DNA of 64,000 nucleotides from the NCBI GenBank assembly GCA_944363525.1, contig CALVUF010000003.1, positions 42,306 through 106,305 on the forward strand, read 5' to 3'. The position numbers were made by a program, and so were the translations under genes. The notes under the pieces were generated by a model. It had not been told where the DNA came from and did not search any database. It saw nothing but the letters and a program-made list of their open reading frames with translations. Numbering within the stretch: position 1 is the stretch's first letter; the number at the start of each line of letters is the position of its first letter. Of this stretch, positions 18,279 through 27,736 are shown piece by piece. This stretch comes from an uncultured Bacilli bacterium (GTDB lineage: Bacteria > Bacillota_I > Bacilli_A > RFN20 > CAG-826).

Positions 18279-18746
18279 CTAGCGGTGCTTCTCCCGGTAC
18301 TTCAATGGACTTAGCCCGACTATTCGATTGAAGATGCGGCTGAAATGGCTTTGGGAGGAAAAACCTAGGTAGGCGGAGATCGCCGGCAGCGGTTTGTCGG
18401 TGTAGTGGAGCAGTTCTTTCCTTTCCTTAACTTTCTCCCGCATGACGAATTCCGATAGGTTAATGCCGGTTTCCTCCTTGAATTTCGTCGAGAGCTTTCT
18501 TCGGCTGGTAAGGAGGGATTCAGCCATGTCGCTGGTTTTGATTGGCTCCGACAGATGATGGATTATGTAATTCCGGACATCGCTCACCAGTTTGGAATTG
18601 TATTCGCCTTCTTTCAGTCGATTGACCGCGGTGGTGTAATCGAGGACCATCTGATATTGAAGGGAAAAGGCCTCGATGGCGTTTTTGCATAATTCGACCT
18701 GTTGGATGTATGAATCGGACATCTTCAAGGCGTCTTGGACGTCCAT
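18279..18746 (-). CDS. AraC-family transcriptional regulator, HTH domain only (N-terminally truncated, RhaR/RhaS-like)
   Basis: C-terminal dual HTH YLGFSSQSHFSRIFNRIVGLSPLKYREKH. It is only 155 aa, whereas AraC-family regulators are typically ~280 aa, so the ligand/dimerisation domain is missing. Confidence 0.7.
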   Translation of the reverse strand: MDVQDALKMSDSYIQQVELCKNAIEAFSLQYQMVLDYTTAVNRLKEGEYNSKLVSDVRNYIIHHLSEPIKTSDMAESLLTSRRKLSTKFKEETGINLSEFVMREKVKERKELLHYTDKPLPAISAYLGFSSQSHFSRIFNRIVGLSPLKYREKHR

Positions 18747-19265
18747 CCCCGCCCCGGATGGCTGCTCGGCACTGGATTTTTGTCCACTCCTCTAATTTTA
18801 TATGTCCTAGAGACAATAAACCCTGAGTATGCTTATAAATTGTTGGAGAATGAAGAGATGCCGGGCTCTCTCTTCATGCCGAAATCCGGAGCTACGACCA
18901 TCTGGGAATCCTGGGAAGGTACCTATGCCCAAGGCGGGATCGCTTCCCTCGATCACTATTCCAAAGGGGCGTGCCTAGAATGGGTATTCTCTCGGATGAT
19001 GGGCATTAACCCCGACGGAGAGAACCATTTCACCCTCTCCCCGCTTCCTGGCGGCCACTTCGCCTACGCGAGCTGCGAATACCGCTCGGTGTTCGGGAAA
19101 GTGGCGGTGAAGTGGAAAAAGGAGGAGGGCAAGTGGGCGTTCCAAGTCGAGGTCCCTGCCAATTGCTTTGCCCCCTTCGTTTATCCCGACAAGACAAGTA
19201 AGGAGCTAAACGCTGGAACTCACGAGTTGGAATACAGGCACCCCTACAAAACGGATAAAGAATAA
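18735..19265 (+). pseudogene. Remnant of a GH78 alpha-L-rhamnosidase (C-terminal ~170 aa only)
   Basis: GATTIWESWEG...SLDHYSKGACLEWVFSRMMGINP...FTLSPLPGGHFAYASCEYRSVFGKVAVKWKKE matches the C-terminal region of bacterial alpha-L-rhamnosidases (Bac_rhamnosid C-terminal domain). The N-terminal ~700 aa of a normal GH78 enzyme are absent, and the fragment abuts head-to-head on the truncated AraC gene. Confidence 0.65.
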
Positions 19266-19313
19266 TCGAAAGAGAAAACCAATCAGAATCGAACTGCTTT
19301 AGATAGAGTCACT

Positions 19314-20624
19314 ATGGAAAAAAGGTATCTCGCCATCGATATCGGGGCCTCCTCCGGCCGCGCCATTCTTTCTTTTGAGAAGGAGGGGCTGCTTTGCTCT
19401 GAGGAAGTCTATCGGTTTCCCAATGGGCCGATTAGTCGCGACGGGCATCTGATCTGGGACCTCGATAAGCTCTTTGAGGAAGTCAAAAAAGGGATTAAAG
19501 CCGCCTTCGCGGTTTGCCCGAACATCCGGAGCCTCTCAATCGATACCTGGGGTTGCGATTACGTGCTTTTAAAAGGCGAGGCCCCGGTTTATCCAGGGTA
19601 TTGCTATCGTGATTCGCGGACCGAGTCGATCATCGATGAGGCCCATTCCCGGATTTCTTTCGTTGAGCTATATTCCTTAACCGGTATCCAGTTTCAGCCT
19701 TTCAACACCATCTATCAGCTTTACGAGGATAAGTTAACCGGGCGGCTTGAAGGCGTGAGCGATTTCCTTATGCTCCCTGAATACCTTTCTTTCCGGCTGA
19801 CCGGGGTCAAGAAAAAAGAATACACCAACGCCACCACGACCGGCCTAGTCGGGGCGGATGGGGAGTTTTCCCGCACCATCACCGATAAACTGGGCTTGCC
19901 GAGCCATTTGTTTCCCAAACTCTCCAAACCGGGGGCGGAATTAGGCCATCTGAGCCAAGAGATCGCTAGCCAAGTCGGGGGCGATTGCCTCGTCCGGCTT
20001 TGCGCTTCCCACGACACCGCCTCGGCGGTTGAAGGGGTGGTGTTGCCATCCACCGCTTTGTATTTGTCGTCGGGAACGTGGTCGCTTTTGGGGGCCAAGG
20101 TCCCCTCGCCAATAACCAACGAGGAGGCCCGCCGGTGCAACTTCTCCAACGAAGGGGGACCGGGCTATATCCGTTTCCAGAAGAACATCATGGGGATGTG
20201 GGTCATCAACCGGCTGAAGCGAGAACTGTGTCCGAACGAGGATTTCCCCTATGTCATCAAATTGGCCAAGCTCAGCAAATCGAATAAGACCGTCGACATC
20301 AATGGGCCAGCCTACTTGGCCCCCGAGTCGATGAGAAAAGCCATTGAAGCGGAAATCGGGGAAGGGGAATTAGGCCCCGGCGAGTTATTCCGCATCGCCT
20401 TCAATTCCTTGGCTAAGTCTTACGCCGGCACCATTAAGCAGATCGAGGACATCACCCATAAATCCTTCGATTCCCTCGTCATCTTCGGCGGCGGGGCCAA
20501 AAACGGCTTCCTCAACGAATTGACCGAGCGGATATCCGGCAAGCGGGTCATCGCCTTGCCGGTCGAGGCCACGAGCCTTGGCAATCTGAAAATCCAAATG
20601 AAAGGAGATAAAGCATATGACTGA
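19314..20624 (+). CDS. rhaB: Rhamnulokinase (FGGY carbohydrate kinase)
   Basis: N-terminal YLAIDIGASSGRAIL and FGGY-family features, with rhaA and rhaD immediately downstream. No SD sequence is visible upstream. Confidence 0.85.
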   Translation: MEKRYLAIDIGASSGRAILSFEKEGLLCSEEVYRFPNGPISRDGHLIWDLDKLFEEVKKGIKAAFAVCPNIRSLSIDTWGCDYVLLKGEAPVYPGYCYRDSRTESIIDEAHSRISFVELYSLTGIQFQPFNTIYQLYEDKLTGRLEGVSDFLMLPEYLSFRLTGVKKKEYTNATTTGLVGADGEFSRTITDKLGLPSHLFPKLSKPGAELGHLSQEIASQVGGDCLVRLCASHDTASAVEGVVLPSTALYLSSGTWSLLGAKVPSPITNEEARRCNFSNEGGPGYIRFQKNIMGMWVINRLKRELCPNEDFPYVIKLAKLSKSNKTVDINGPAYLAPESMRKAIEAEIGEGELGPGELFRIAFNSLAKSYAGTIKQIEDITHKSFDSLVIFGGGAKNGFLNELTERISGKRVIALPVEATSLGNLKIQMKGDKAYD

Positions 20625-21861
20625 CAAGTACTTATTGGCAAAGGAAGAATACGCCAAAGCCGGGGTTGATACCGATACCGCCATCGCCCGGATCAAGGAG
20701 ATCCCCATCTCCATCCATTGCTGGCAAGGGGATGACGTCATCGGCTTCGATGGCTCCGCTTCCTTAGAAGGCGGGATCCAGACGACCGGGAATTACCCGG
20801 GAAGGGCTCGGAACTTTGAAGAACTGAAAGCCGACCTCCATGAGGCTTTCTCCCTGATCCCGGGAAAGAAACGGCTGAACCTCCACGCCTCCTACGCTAT
20901 CCTAAATGGGGAGAAGGTTGATCGGGACGCCTATCGGCCCGACCATTTCGCCCCGTGGGTTGAATTCGCCAAAGAGGAAGGGCTCGATGGCATCGACTTC
21001 AACCCGACCTTGTTCTCCAGCCCGAAGATGAAGGATGGCTTATCCTTATCCTCCCCCGATGAAGAAACTAGAGAGTTCTGGGTCCGTCATTGCCAGGCTT
21101 GTCTTAAAATCTCTGAGTATTTCGCTAAGGAGATGCAGAGCCACTGCCTAATGAACATCTGGATCCCCGATGGGTATAAGGATGTCCCGGCTGATCGGCT
21201 TGGCCCCCGGCTAAGATTGAAGCAGAGCCTCGACGAGATCCTCTCGATCGGTTATGACCGGCACCTCGTCAAAGTCGCGGTTGAGAGCAAGGTGTTCGGC
21301 ATCGGGCTGGAGTCCTATACCGTCGGCAATTCCGAGTTCTATATGAATTACGCGGCCAAGAATAATCTTTGTTGCCTCTTGGACAATGGCCATTACCACC
21401 CGCTGGAATACGTAAGCGACAAGATCCCATCCCTACTAGCCTTTTACGATAACGTCGCCCTCCATGTCACTCGAGGGGTCCGTTGGGACTCCGACCATGT
21501 CGTGACCTTCGAAGACGAACTGAAGGAAATCGCCAAGGAGATCATTAGGAACGACGCCGATAAAAAGGTGATGATTGGCCTCGATTACTTCGATGCCTCG
21601 ATCAATCGGATCGCCGCTTGGGTCACCGGGGCCCGGAACATGGAGAAAGCCTTGCTCTATGCGGCTTTAATCAACAATAAGCGGCTGAAGGAATTGCAGG
21701 ATAAAGGCGACTTCACCACCCTCTTCGTTGAGACCGAGGCCATTAAGGATCGGCCTTATGGCTTGGTCTTCGAAGAATACCTCCGGCAGTTTGGGTTAAC
21801 GCTTGATTACCTGACCCCGATCAGGGAATACGAAAAGCAGGTCTTAAGCAAGAGGAAATAA
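20617..21861 (+). CDS. rhaA: L-rhamnose isomerase
   Basis: IARIKEIPISIHCWQGDDVIGFD closely matches E. coli RhaA (LPVSMHCWQGDDVSGFE). It is ~414 aa and overlaps rhaB by 8 nt. Confidence 0.92.
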   Translation: MTDKYLLAKEEYAKAGVDTDTAIARIKEIPISIHCWQGDDVIGFDGSASLEGGIQTTGNYPGRARNFEELKADLHEAFSLIPGKKRLNLHASYAILNGEKVDRDAYRPDHFAPWVEFAKEEGLDGIDFNPTLFSSPKMKDGLSLSSPDEETREFWVRHCQACLKISEYFAKEMQSHCLMNIWIPDGYKDVPADRLGPRLRLKQSLDEILSIGYDRHLVKVAVESKVFGIGLESYTVGNSEFYMNYAAKNNLCCLLDNGHYHPLEYVSDKIPSLLAFYDNVALHVTRGVRWDSDHVVTFEDELKEIAKEIIRNDADKKVMIGLDYFDASINRIAAWVTGARNMEKALLYAALINNKRLKELQDKGDFTTLFVETEAIKDRPYGLVFEEYLRQFGLTLDYLTPIREYEKQVLSKRK

Positions 21862-21863
21862 GC

Positions 21864-22694
21864 ATGAAAGATATTTTGGAAAGTAAGTTCTTAAAAGAGT
21901 TTTGCCTGACCGCCGACAACATGTATCGGCTGGGCTGGGACGAACGGAACGGGGGTAATATCTCGTTATTGCTCAAAGATGACGAGGTCAAAGAATGCCT
22001 CGATGTTAACAAAGTCAAACGGGTCATCCCTTTGATGGGCGTCCATGCGGTCGATTTCGATATCACGCCGCTGATCGGCAAATGCTTCCTCGTCACCGGG
22101 ACCGGCAAGTACTTCAAAAACGTCTTACGGGAACCCTCCGTCAACCTCGGGGTCGTCCGGATCAGAGAAGACGGCAAGTCGCTCGATTTGCTCTGGGGGT
22201 TTGAGGATGGGGGACGGCCGACCAGTGAATTCCCGGCCCATATGATGAGCCATATCGCCCGGCTCAGCGTCGATCCGGAAAACCGGGTGGTGATGCATTG
22301 CCATCCGACCTATACCTTGGCCATGAACTTCGTCCATCCCCTCGATGAGAAGCTCTTCGCCAAAGACCTCTGGCGGATGTGCACCGAATGCGTCGTCGTC
22401 TTCCCCGATGGCATTGGGGTTTTGCCCTGGATGCTCTGCGGGACGACCGAGATCGGGAAGGCGACCGCCGAGAAGATGAAGGAATACCGGCTCGTCGTCT
22501 GGGCGATGCATGGCATCTATGGGGCTGGCAAGGACTTGGATGAGACCTTTGGATTGATCGAGACGGTCGAGAAAGCGGCCCAGATCTATATGCTGACCTT
22601 CGATAAACCCCAGTGCAACACCATCACCGATGAGGCGATGAAACAATTGGTTGACCTGTTCGGGGTCAAAGTCAAAGACGGCTACCTCGATTAA
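21864..22694 (+). CDS. rhaD: Rhamnulose-1-phosphate aldolase (class II aldolase)
   Basis: YRLGWDERNGGNISLLLKDDEV matches E. coli RhaD (LKGWDERNGGNLTLRLDD). It is 276 aa. Confidence 0.92.
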   Translation: MKDILESKFLKEFCLTADNMYRLGWDERNGGNISLLLKDDEVKECLDVNKVKRVIPLMGVHAVDFDITPLIGKCFLVTGTGKYFKNVLREPSVNLGVVRIREDGKSLDLLWGFEDGGRPTSEFPAHMMSHIARLSVDPENRVVMHCHPTYTLAMNFVHPLDEKLFAKDLWRMCTECVVVFPDGIGVLPWMLCGTTEIGKATAEKMKEYRLVVWAMHGIYGAGKDLDETFGLIETVEKAAQIYMLTFDKPQCNTITDEAMKQLVDLFGVKVKDGYLD

Positions 22695-22786
22695 CCTTCT
22701 TCCCCGTTTAGTTCGCTAGACGGGGATTTCTTTTGCCTTCTTTCCGTCTTCGGCGGTTTAATTTAACCGGATTGAAGGAGCAAACC

Positions 22787-23551
22787 ATGAAAAGAGTTAC
22801 CTTAGTGACCGGGGCCGCCTCCGGCCTTGGCAAAGAATTCGCCAAGCTTTACGCCCATGATGGGCACGCCTTGGTCTTAGTCGACAAAGACGAGGAAGGG
22901 TTGAAGAAGGTCGCCAGCGAACTCGGCGGGGATATCGATATCCTCCCGGCCGATTTGACCAAGCGGGAAGAGTTGGAGAAAGTGTTCGACCATTGCCAGT
23001 CCGCCGGCTATTTCGTCAATTACCTGCTGAACGTCGCCGGGTTTGGCGATCGTTGCGATTTTCAGGACATGGCCATCGCCAAGCAACTTGACATGACCGA
23101 GGTTAACTGCAACGCTGTTCTCTATTTCACCCGCGTCTTCTTGACTGACATGCTCAAAAAAGATGAGGGGCATATCATCAACGTCTCCTCGATCGCCGGT
23201 TTCTACCCCGGACCTTATATGTGCACTTACCATGCCACCAAGGGGTTCGTGTTGCTGCTTGGCGAATCGATCGCCTATGAGTTAAGGAAGACCAACGTCA
23301 AATTGCTGACCCTTTGCCCGGGCCCGTTCAATTCGGCTTTTGTGAGCAAAGCCCATAACGATTACACTTTCTCGAAGATAAAACCGGTGTCGGCCGAATA
23401 CGTCGCCAAGTTCGGTTATGAGAAATCGAAGAAGGGCAAAACCCTTGCCGTTATCGGCTTCAAGAATAAGCTGACCGTTTTCGCTTCCCGCTTCGTCTCG
23501 CGGAAATTCATCGCCAAGACCAGCGCGAAGACGATGAAGAAAGACGCCTAG
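22787..23551 (+). CDS. Short-chain dehydrogenase/reductase (SDR family oxidoreductase)
   Basis: Rossmann motif TLVTGAASGLGKEFA and catalytic Y..xK (YHATKGF). Start chosen at MKRV with AAGGAG upstream. Confidence 0.8.
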   Translation: MKRVTLVTGAASGLGKEFAKLYAHDGHALVLVDKDEEGLKKVASELGGDIDILPADLTKREELEKVFDHCQSAGYFVNYLLNVAGFGDRCDFQDMAIAKQLDMTEVNCNAVLYFTRVFLTDMLKKDEGHIINVSSIAGFYPGPYMCTYHATKGFVLLLGESIAYELRKTNVKLLTLCPGPFNSAFVSKAHNDYTFSKIKPVSAEYVAKFGYEKSKKGKTLAVIGFKNKLTVFASRFVSRKFIAKTSAKTMKKDA

Positions 23552-24324
23552 AATTTGGCTTCGACCGCTTCCTTGGCCGCCTTTTCGATGATATCGAAAT
23601 TGGCTTTGACTTTATCTGGCAAAGCGGCGGTTTTGATTTCGCTGATGGGGAAATAGCCATAGAGGGTATAAGCCCAGGTGAGGCTGATTAAGAACCGTCC
23701 CACGTCGAAAGACATATGGAAGCCATCGCGGGTGATGGTATCGCCTAGCCGGCTAGCCCGGAGGTTTTGGACGGCCAAAGCCGAGGGGATGACGCCGGCG
23801 AATTCCTTATTGGTCATCACCTTTTCCTTCACCGTTTTGATGATGGCCTCGAGCATCTGCTTTTGGCTATTGTGGTAAAGCGGGAAGTCCCAGTGGGTCG
23901 AGTCAGCTTGATAGGCCCAGGTCATCTGCCAAAGCAACTTAAAATCGGGGTTGGGGCAGTGGGCCCGGAGATAGGTAACGATCTTATCGAGGTCGGCATA
24001 GGTATCGGGGATGCCGGAATGGCCGCTGTATTGCTGGAGGGTCAAGATATCCCATTTCCGTTCCATTAAGGCTTTCTCCAAGGTGTAGTTAGGATGGTCG
24101 TCGAGCCCATCGTAACGGTAGACCCGATAGGAGTAGTCGGGGATGTTTTCCTTTATGTTCTTGTAATGCCGTTCCAAGGAGCAGCCGCCGATGTAAAGGT
24201 TGCCGATATGGAGTTCCTTGACCCCATGGTCCTTAAGAATCGGAAACAAATAGTCGACCGCATCGTCGGAAAAGGAATTGCCGATGCAAAGCAAAGAAAG
24301 CGAATCTTTTTTCGTCAAAATCAT
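23548..24324 (-). CDS. SGNH/GDSL-type hydrolase (DUF4886-like esterase)
   Basis: LLCIGNSFSDD block I with the Ser nucleophile. Start set at the internal Met (MILTKK), because the 24 upstream codons of the ORF are not hydrophilic or signal-like. Confidence 0.65.
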   Translation of the reverse strand: MILTKKDSLSLLCIGNSFSDDAVDYLFPILKDHGVKELHIGNLYIGGCSLERHYKNIKENIPDYSYRVYRYDGLDDHPNYTLEKALMERKWDILTLQQYSGHSGIPDTYADLDKIVTYLRAHCPNPDFKLLWQMTWAYQADSTHWDFPLYHNSQKQMLEAIIKTVKEKVMTNKEFAGVIPSALAVQNLRASRLGDTITRDGFHMSFDVGRFLISLTWAYTLYGYFPISEIKTAALPDKVKANFDIIEKAAKEAVEAKF

Positions 24325-24445
24325 CGTTTTGACCTCCGCGGTTAATGTTAGGCGGAGGCTAGGGCAAAGTAAAGCGGCAAAAATACCACTACACAAATTT
24401 GGTTTTGTCTATTAAACTACGTGTGTATCAAAGGACAACTTAACC

Positions 24446-25003
24446 ATGGACAGAAGAATCATACGGACCACCGACGTTATCCGTCGTTACGTCCTCAAAG
24501 CCCTTAAGCTGCGGCCGCGCTCCGAAATCAACGTCTCCGACATCTGCAAGGGGTGCAACCTCTCCCGCTCGACTTTCTATCTCCATTACCACTCGGTCAG
24601 CGATGTGGTCGAGGAGATCGCCGATCGGCAGATCGCCGAGTTCAAGCGGATCGCCATGACCTATATCGGGCGGAGCGAGGAGACGGTCCTCCACATCGGG
24701 GCCCACATCCGGAAGAACAGCGATGAGCTCTCGGTTATCCTCGACAACGCCCCGAGCTATTTCGCCAACAAGATGGTCGAGCTGGTGGAGCCGGTCTTGC
24801 TCAGCCAAGACGGGTTCGACGCCGACGCCAAAGCCACCCGTTACTTCTCCATCTTCATCATCTATGGCTGCATGGGCATGTTTGGCCGTTGGCTCAGCTC
24901 CGGACGCGACATCACCGCGGTCGAGCTCATCCGCAAGTTCATCGATTACTTCCAAATCTTCAAGAATCAGAATTTGCTCAATAAGCCTGCAGAGGCTCAA
25001 TAA
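24446..25003 (+). CDS. TetR/AcrR-family transcriptional regulator
   Basis: N-terminal HTH EINVSDICKGCNLSRSTFYLHYHS and an alpha-helical C-terminal domain. Confidence 0.8.
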   Translation: MDRRIIRTTDVIRRYVLKALKLRPRSEINVSDICKGCNLSRSTFYLHYHSVSDVVEEIADRQIAEFKRIAMTYIGRSEETVLHIGAHIRKNSDELSVILDNAPSYFANKMVELVEPVLLSQDGFDADAKATRYFSIFIIYGCMGMFGRWLSSGRDITAVELIRKFIDYFQIFKNQNLLNKPAEAQ

Positions 25004-25130
25004 ACGCCTTAAAAACGCTTAAACCCGGCGGTTTCGCTGGGTTTTCTTTTTTCATTTTTTCGTCCGGCTTTTGCGTGCTTCTTTTCCAACCCATTTATTG
25101 CTTAGCCTAATTAGGCTAAAATAGCGCGGT

Positions 25131-26564
25131 ATGGCCGAAAACGCGACGCGCATCAAAGGGGGAAGGAAAAACACCAAGTACTTCCTCTATATCGCCATCG
25201 TCTTGATCGCGACCGCGCTTTCGTTATTCTTTGCCCTTAACGGCCAGTTCGATGAAGTCGTGGAGTCGCTCCGCACCGCCGATTGGCGTTACCTCCTTTT
25301 GATCCTCGGCTTGGTCTTCCTTTCCTACTGCGTCGACGGGCTGATTATCCTTATCTTCTGCCGCCTCTACACTCGGAAGTATAAGTTCCACCAAGGGCTC
25401 GCCGCTTCCTTAGTCGGGCAATTCTATTCCAACGTCACCCCGGGCTCTTCCGGTGGCCAGGTCATGCAATGCTATACCCTCAAAAGCCAAGGGGTGGCGG
25501 TCAGCAACGCCGCCTCGATCTTCGTCATGTGGTTTATCCTTTACCAATCGGCGTTGATTGGGCTTGATATCGTCGCCTTCTTCTTTGAGATGGACGTCAT
25601 TTTGTCCGCCCCCAATTACCATATCCCCGGGACCAGCATTTACCTTCCGATGGTCCCGCTTGTGGTCATTGGCTTTCTGCTTAACATCTCGGTCATCTTC
25701 TTGCTGGTCGTCATGTCTTATTCCCACCGGTTCCATAATTTCATCATCCATTACGTCATCGGCTTCCTAGGCAAGATCCATCTCATCAAGCATCCCGACC
25801 GAGCCCGGGAATCGGTTCGGATTCAGGTCGAGAACTTCAAGATTGAGCTCCGGCGGTTGATGTCGAATATCCCGGTTTTGATTCTTCAGTTGGTGTTATT
25901 TTTGGTGATGCTCTTGTTACGGAACGCCGTCCCGTATTTCTCCGGCCTTTCGATCGGGGCCTATGAATACGCGACTAAGGACTTATTTCATTCGATCTTC
26001 CTCGCCGCCTTCCACCAGATGGTGACGGGGCTGATCCCATTGCCCGGTTCAGCTGGGATCTCAGAGTTTTTCTTCAACGCCTTATTCTCGACCATGATCC
26101 CTAATCCGACCTTATTGGCCTCGGCCCAGATCATTTGGCGGACCGCCACCTTCCACTTGATGTTCTTAGTCTCCGGCCTAACCGCTGCCCTTTACCGTTC
26201 CCGGCCGAAGGAGCCGATGCATTACGCCAACCGCCAGACCTTCGTCGATATCCAGCTTGCTACCTACGAAGAACGGAAGAAGAGCTCCGATACCCTCTTT
26301 GAGACGCGACAACTATCCCGTCGGGCTCTGCAAAAACGGATTGGCGATTCCTTGGGCAAGAAGAATAAGAACGACACAGACGAGATCCATCTCCCCGACG
26401 AAGTCACTTCCTTCGTGATCGAGACCGAGGTCAAGGAAACCCCGAAGGTGGAGCCGGTAATGGAGAAAAAGGCTAAAATAAAGAAAGAGAAGCCGGCTAA
26501 GGTTAAGAAAAAGAAGACCGAAGCCCCGGCCCTTGATGATTCCTGGGAGCATTGGGATATATGA
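25131..26564 (+). CDS. Flippase-like membrane protein (lysylphosphatidylglycerol-synthase TM-region / UPF0104 family)
   Basis: Multi-TM protein with the conserved TPGSSGGQ motif of the MprF-like flippase domain. Lysine-rich cytoplasmic tail. It is translationally coupled to the downstream GT4 gene. Confidence 0.7.
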   Translation: MAENATRIKGGRKNTKYFLYIAIVLIATALSLFFALNGQFDEVVESLRTADWRYLLLILGLVFLSYCVDGLIILIFCRLYTRKYKFHQGLAASLVGQFYSNVTPGSSGGQVMQCYTLKSQGVAVSNAASIFVMWFILYQSALIGLDIVAFFFEMDVILSAPNYHIPGTSIYLPMVPLVVIGFLLNISVIFLLVVMSYSHRFHNFIIHYVIGFLGKIHLIKHPDRARESVRIQVENFKIELRRLMSNIPVLILQLVLFLVMLLLRNAVPYFSGLSIGAYEYATKDLFHSIFLAAFHQMVTGLIPLPGSAGISEFFFNALFSTMIPNPTLLASAQIIWRTATFHLMFLVSGLTAALYRSRPKEPMHYANRQTFVDIQLATYEERKKSSDTLFETRQLSRRALQKRIGDSLGKKNKNDTDEIHLPDEVTSFVIETEVKETPKVEPVMEKKAKIKKEKPAKVKKKKTEAPALDDSWEHWDI

Positions 26565-27736
26565 AGATCGCTTTATTCTCCGATACCTATCCCCCGGAGA
26601 TCAACGGGGTCGCGACCTCGACCTATAACCTCCGCAAGACGATGGAGGACCACGGCCATGAGGTCTTAGTCGTCACCACCAATCCTTTCTCGAAGGAAGT
26701 GAGTTTTGAGAATGGGGTCATCCGTTTACCCGGTTTGCGCTTAAAACGGCTTTACGATTACCGGTTGTCTTCTTTCTATAACGAAAAGGCGATGCGGATC
26801 ATCGTCAACTTCCGGCCCGACATCGTCCATTGCCAACATGACGTCGGGGTCTCGATCTTCGGGAATCTGGTGGCCGCCAAACTCCATATCGGCTCGGTCT
26901 ATACCTTCCATACCCTGTATGAGGATTATGCCTATTACGTCACCAAGGGCCATTTCGACCGTTTCGCCCGGCAAGCCATTCGGCTTTACTTCCGGGGGAA
27001 GGCCGGGCTCTATGATGAATTCATCGCCCCGAGCATCAAGACCAAGGATTACCTCCGTTCGATCGGCATCGATTCGACCGTGACCGTCATCCCGACCGGC
27101 ATCGAGTTTGAACGGTTCTCGCCTTTAAACGCGGACAAAGCCAAGACGGCCGAACTCCGGCAGCAGTTCAATCTTTCCCCCGATGATTTCATCGTTTTAT
27201 CGCTTGGCCGGATTGCCAAGGAGAAGTCAATTGACGTGGTTATCAATGGTTTCGCAGCCTTTTTGCGGCGTTATCCATCGATTAAGGCCAAAATGCTCGT
27301 CACTGGTTGGGGCCCGGCCGAGAAAGAGCTGCAGGCTTTGGCTGCTAAGTTGCAAATCGCCGATAAAGTCATCTTCACCGGCAAATGCGACCCCGATCAA
27401 ACCCAGTGGTATTACCACCTGGGCAATGTCTTCGCTTCCGCCTCCTTATCGGAAACCCAAGGACTGACCTTCATGGAGGCGATGGCGGCCCATCTGCCGG
27501 TCCTCGCCCGTTATGACGATAACCTGGCCGGGACGGTCAAAGACGGGGTCAACGGCTTCTTCTTCGCCGATGAAGAGGACTTCGCCTATAAACTCAAGCG
27601 GATCTATGATCTTGGTACTGAAGGAAGGAAGAAGCTCGGCAATGCCGCGAGCGATTCCATCGAGGACTATTCGATGGAGAAGTTCTATGCCAATGTCTAT
27701 GAGGTGTATAAACGTGTCGCGAAGAAATCCTGGTGA
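26552..27736 (+). CDS. GT4-family glycosyltransferase, monoglycosyldiacylglycerol synthase-like (membrane glycolipid synthase)
   Basis: N-terminal MKIALFSDTYPPEINGVATSTYNL and a GT-B fold (EX7E region FFFADEED). It resembles Acholeplasma/Firmicutes 1,2-diacylglycerol 3-glucosyltransferases. Confidence 0.75.
   Translation: MGYMKIALFSDTYPPEINGVATSTYNLRKTMEDHGHEVLVVTTNPFSKEVSFENGVIRLPGLRLKRLYDYRLSSFYNEKAMRIIVNFRPDIVHCQHDVGVSIFGNLVAAKLHIGSVYTFHTLYEDYAYYVTKGHFDRFARQAIRLYFRGKAGLYDEFIAPSIKTKDYLRSIGIDSTVTVIPTGIEFERFSPLNADKAKTAELRQQFNLSPDDFIVLSLGRIAKEKSIDVVINGFAAFLRRYPSIKAKMLVTGWGPAEKELQALAAKLQIADKVIFTGKCDPDQTQWYYHLGNVFASASLSETQGLTFMEAMAAHLPVLARYDDNLAGTVKDGVNGFFFADEEDFAYKLKRIYDLGTEGRKKLGNAASDSIEDYSMEKFYANVYEVYKRVAKKSW

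Noticed and set aside
27513-27713. N-terminal 67-codon extension of the recX ORF
   Set aside because: It overlaps the 3' end of the GT4 gene in another frame. RecX-like sequence begins only near the GTG at 27714, which has a GAGGTG SD.
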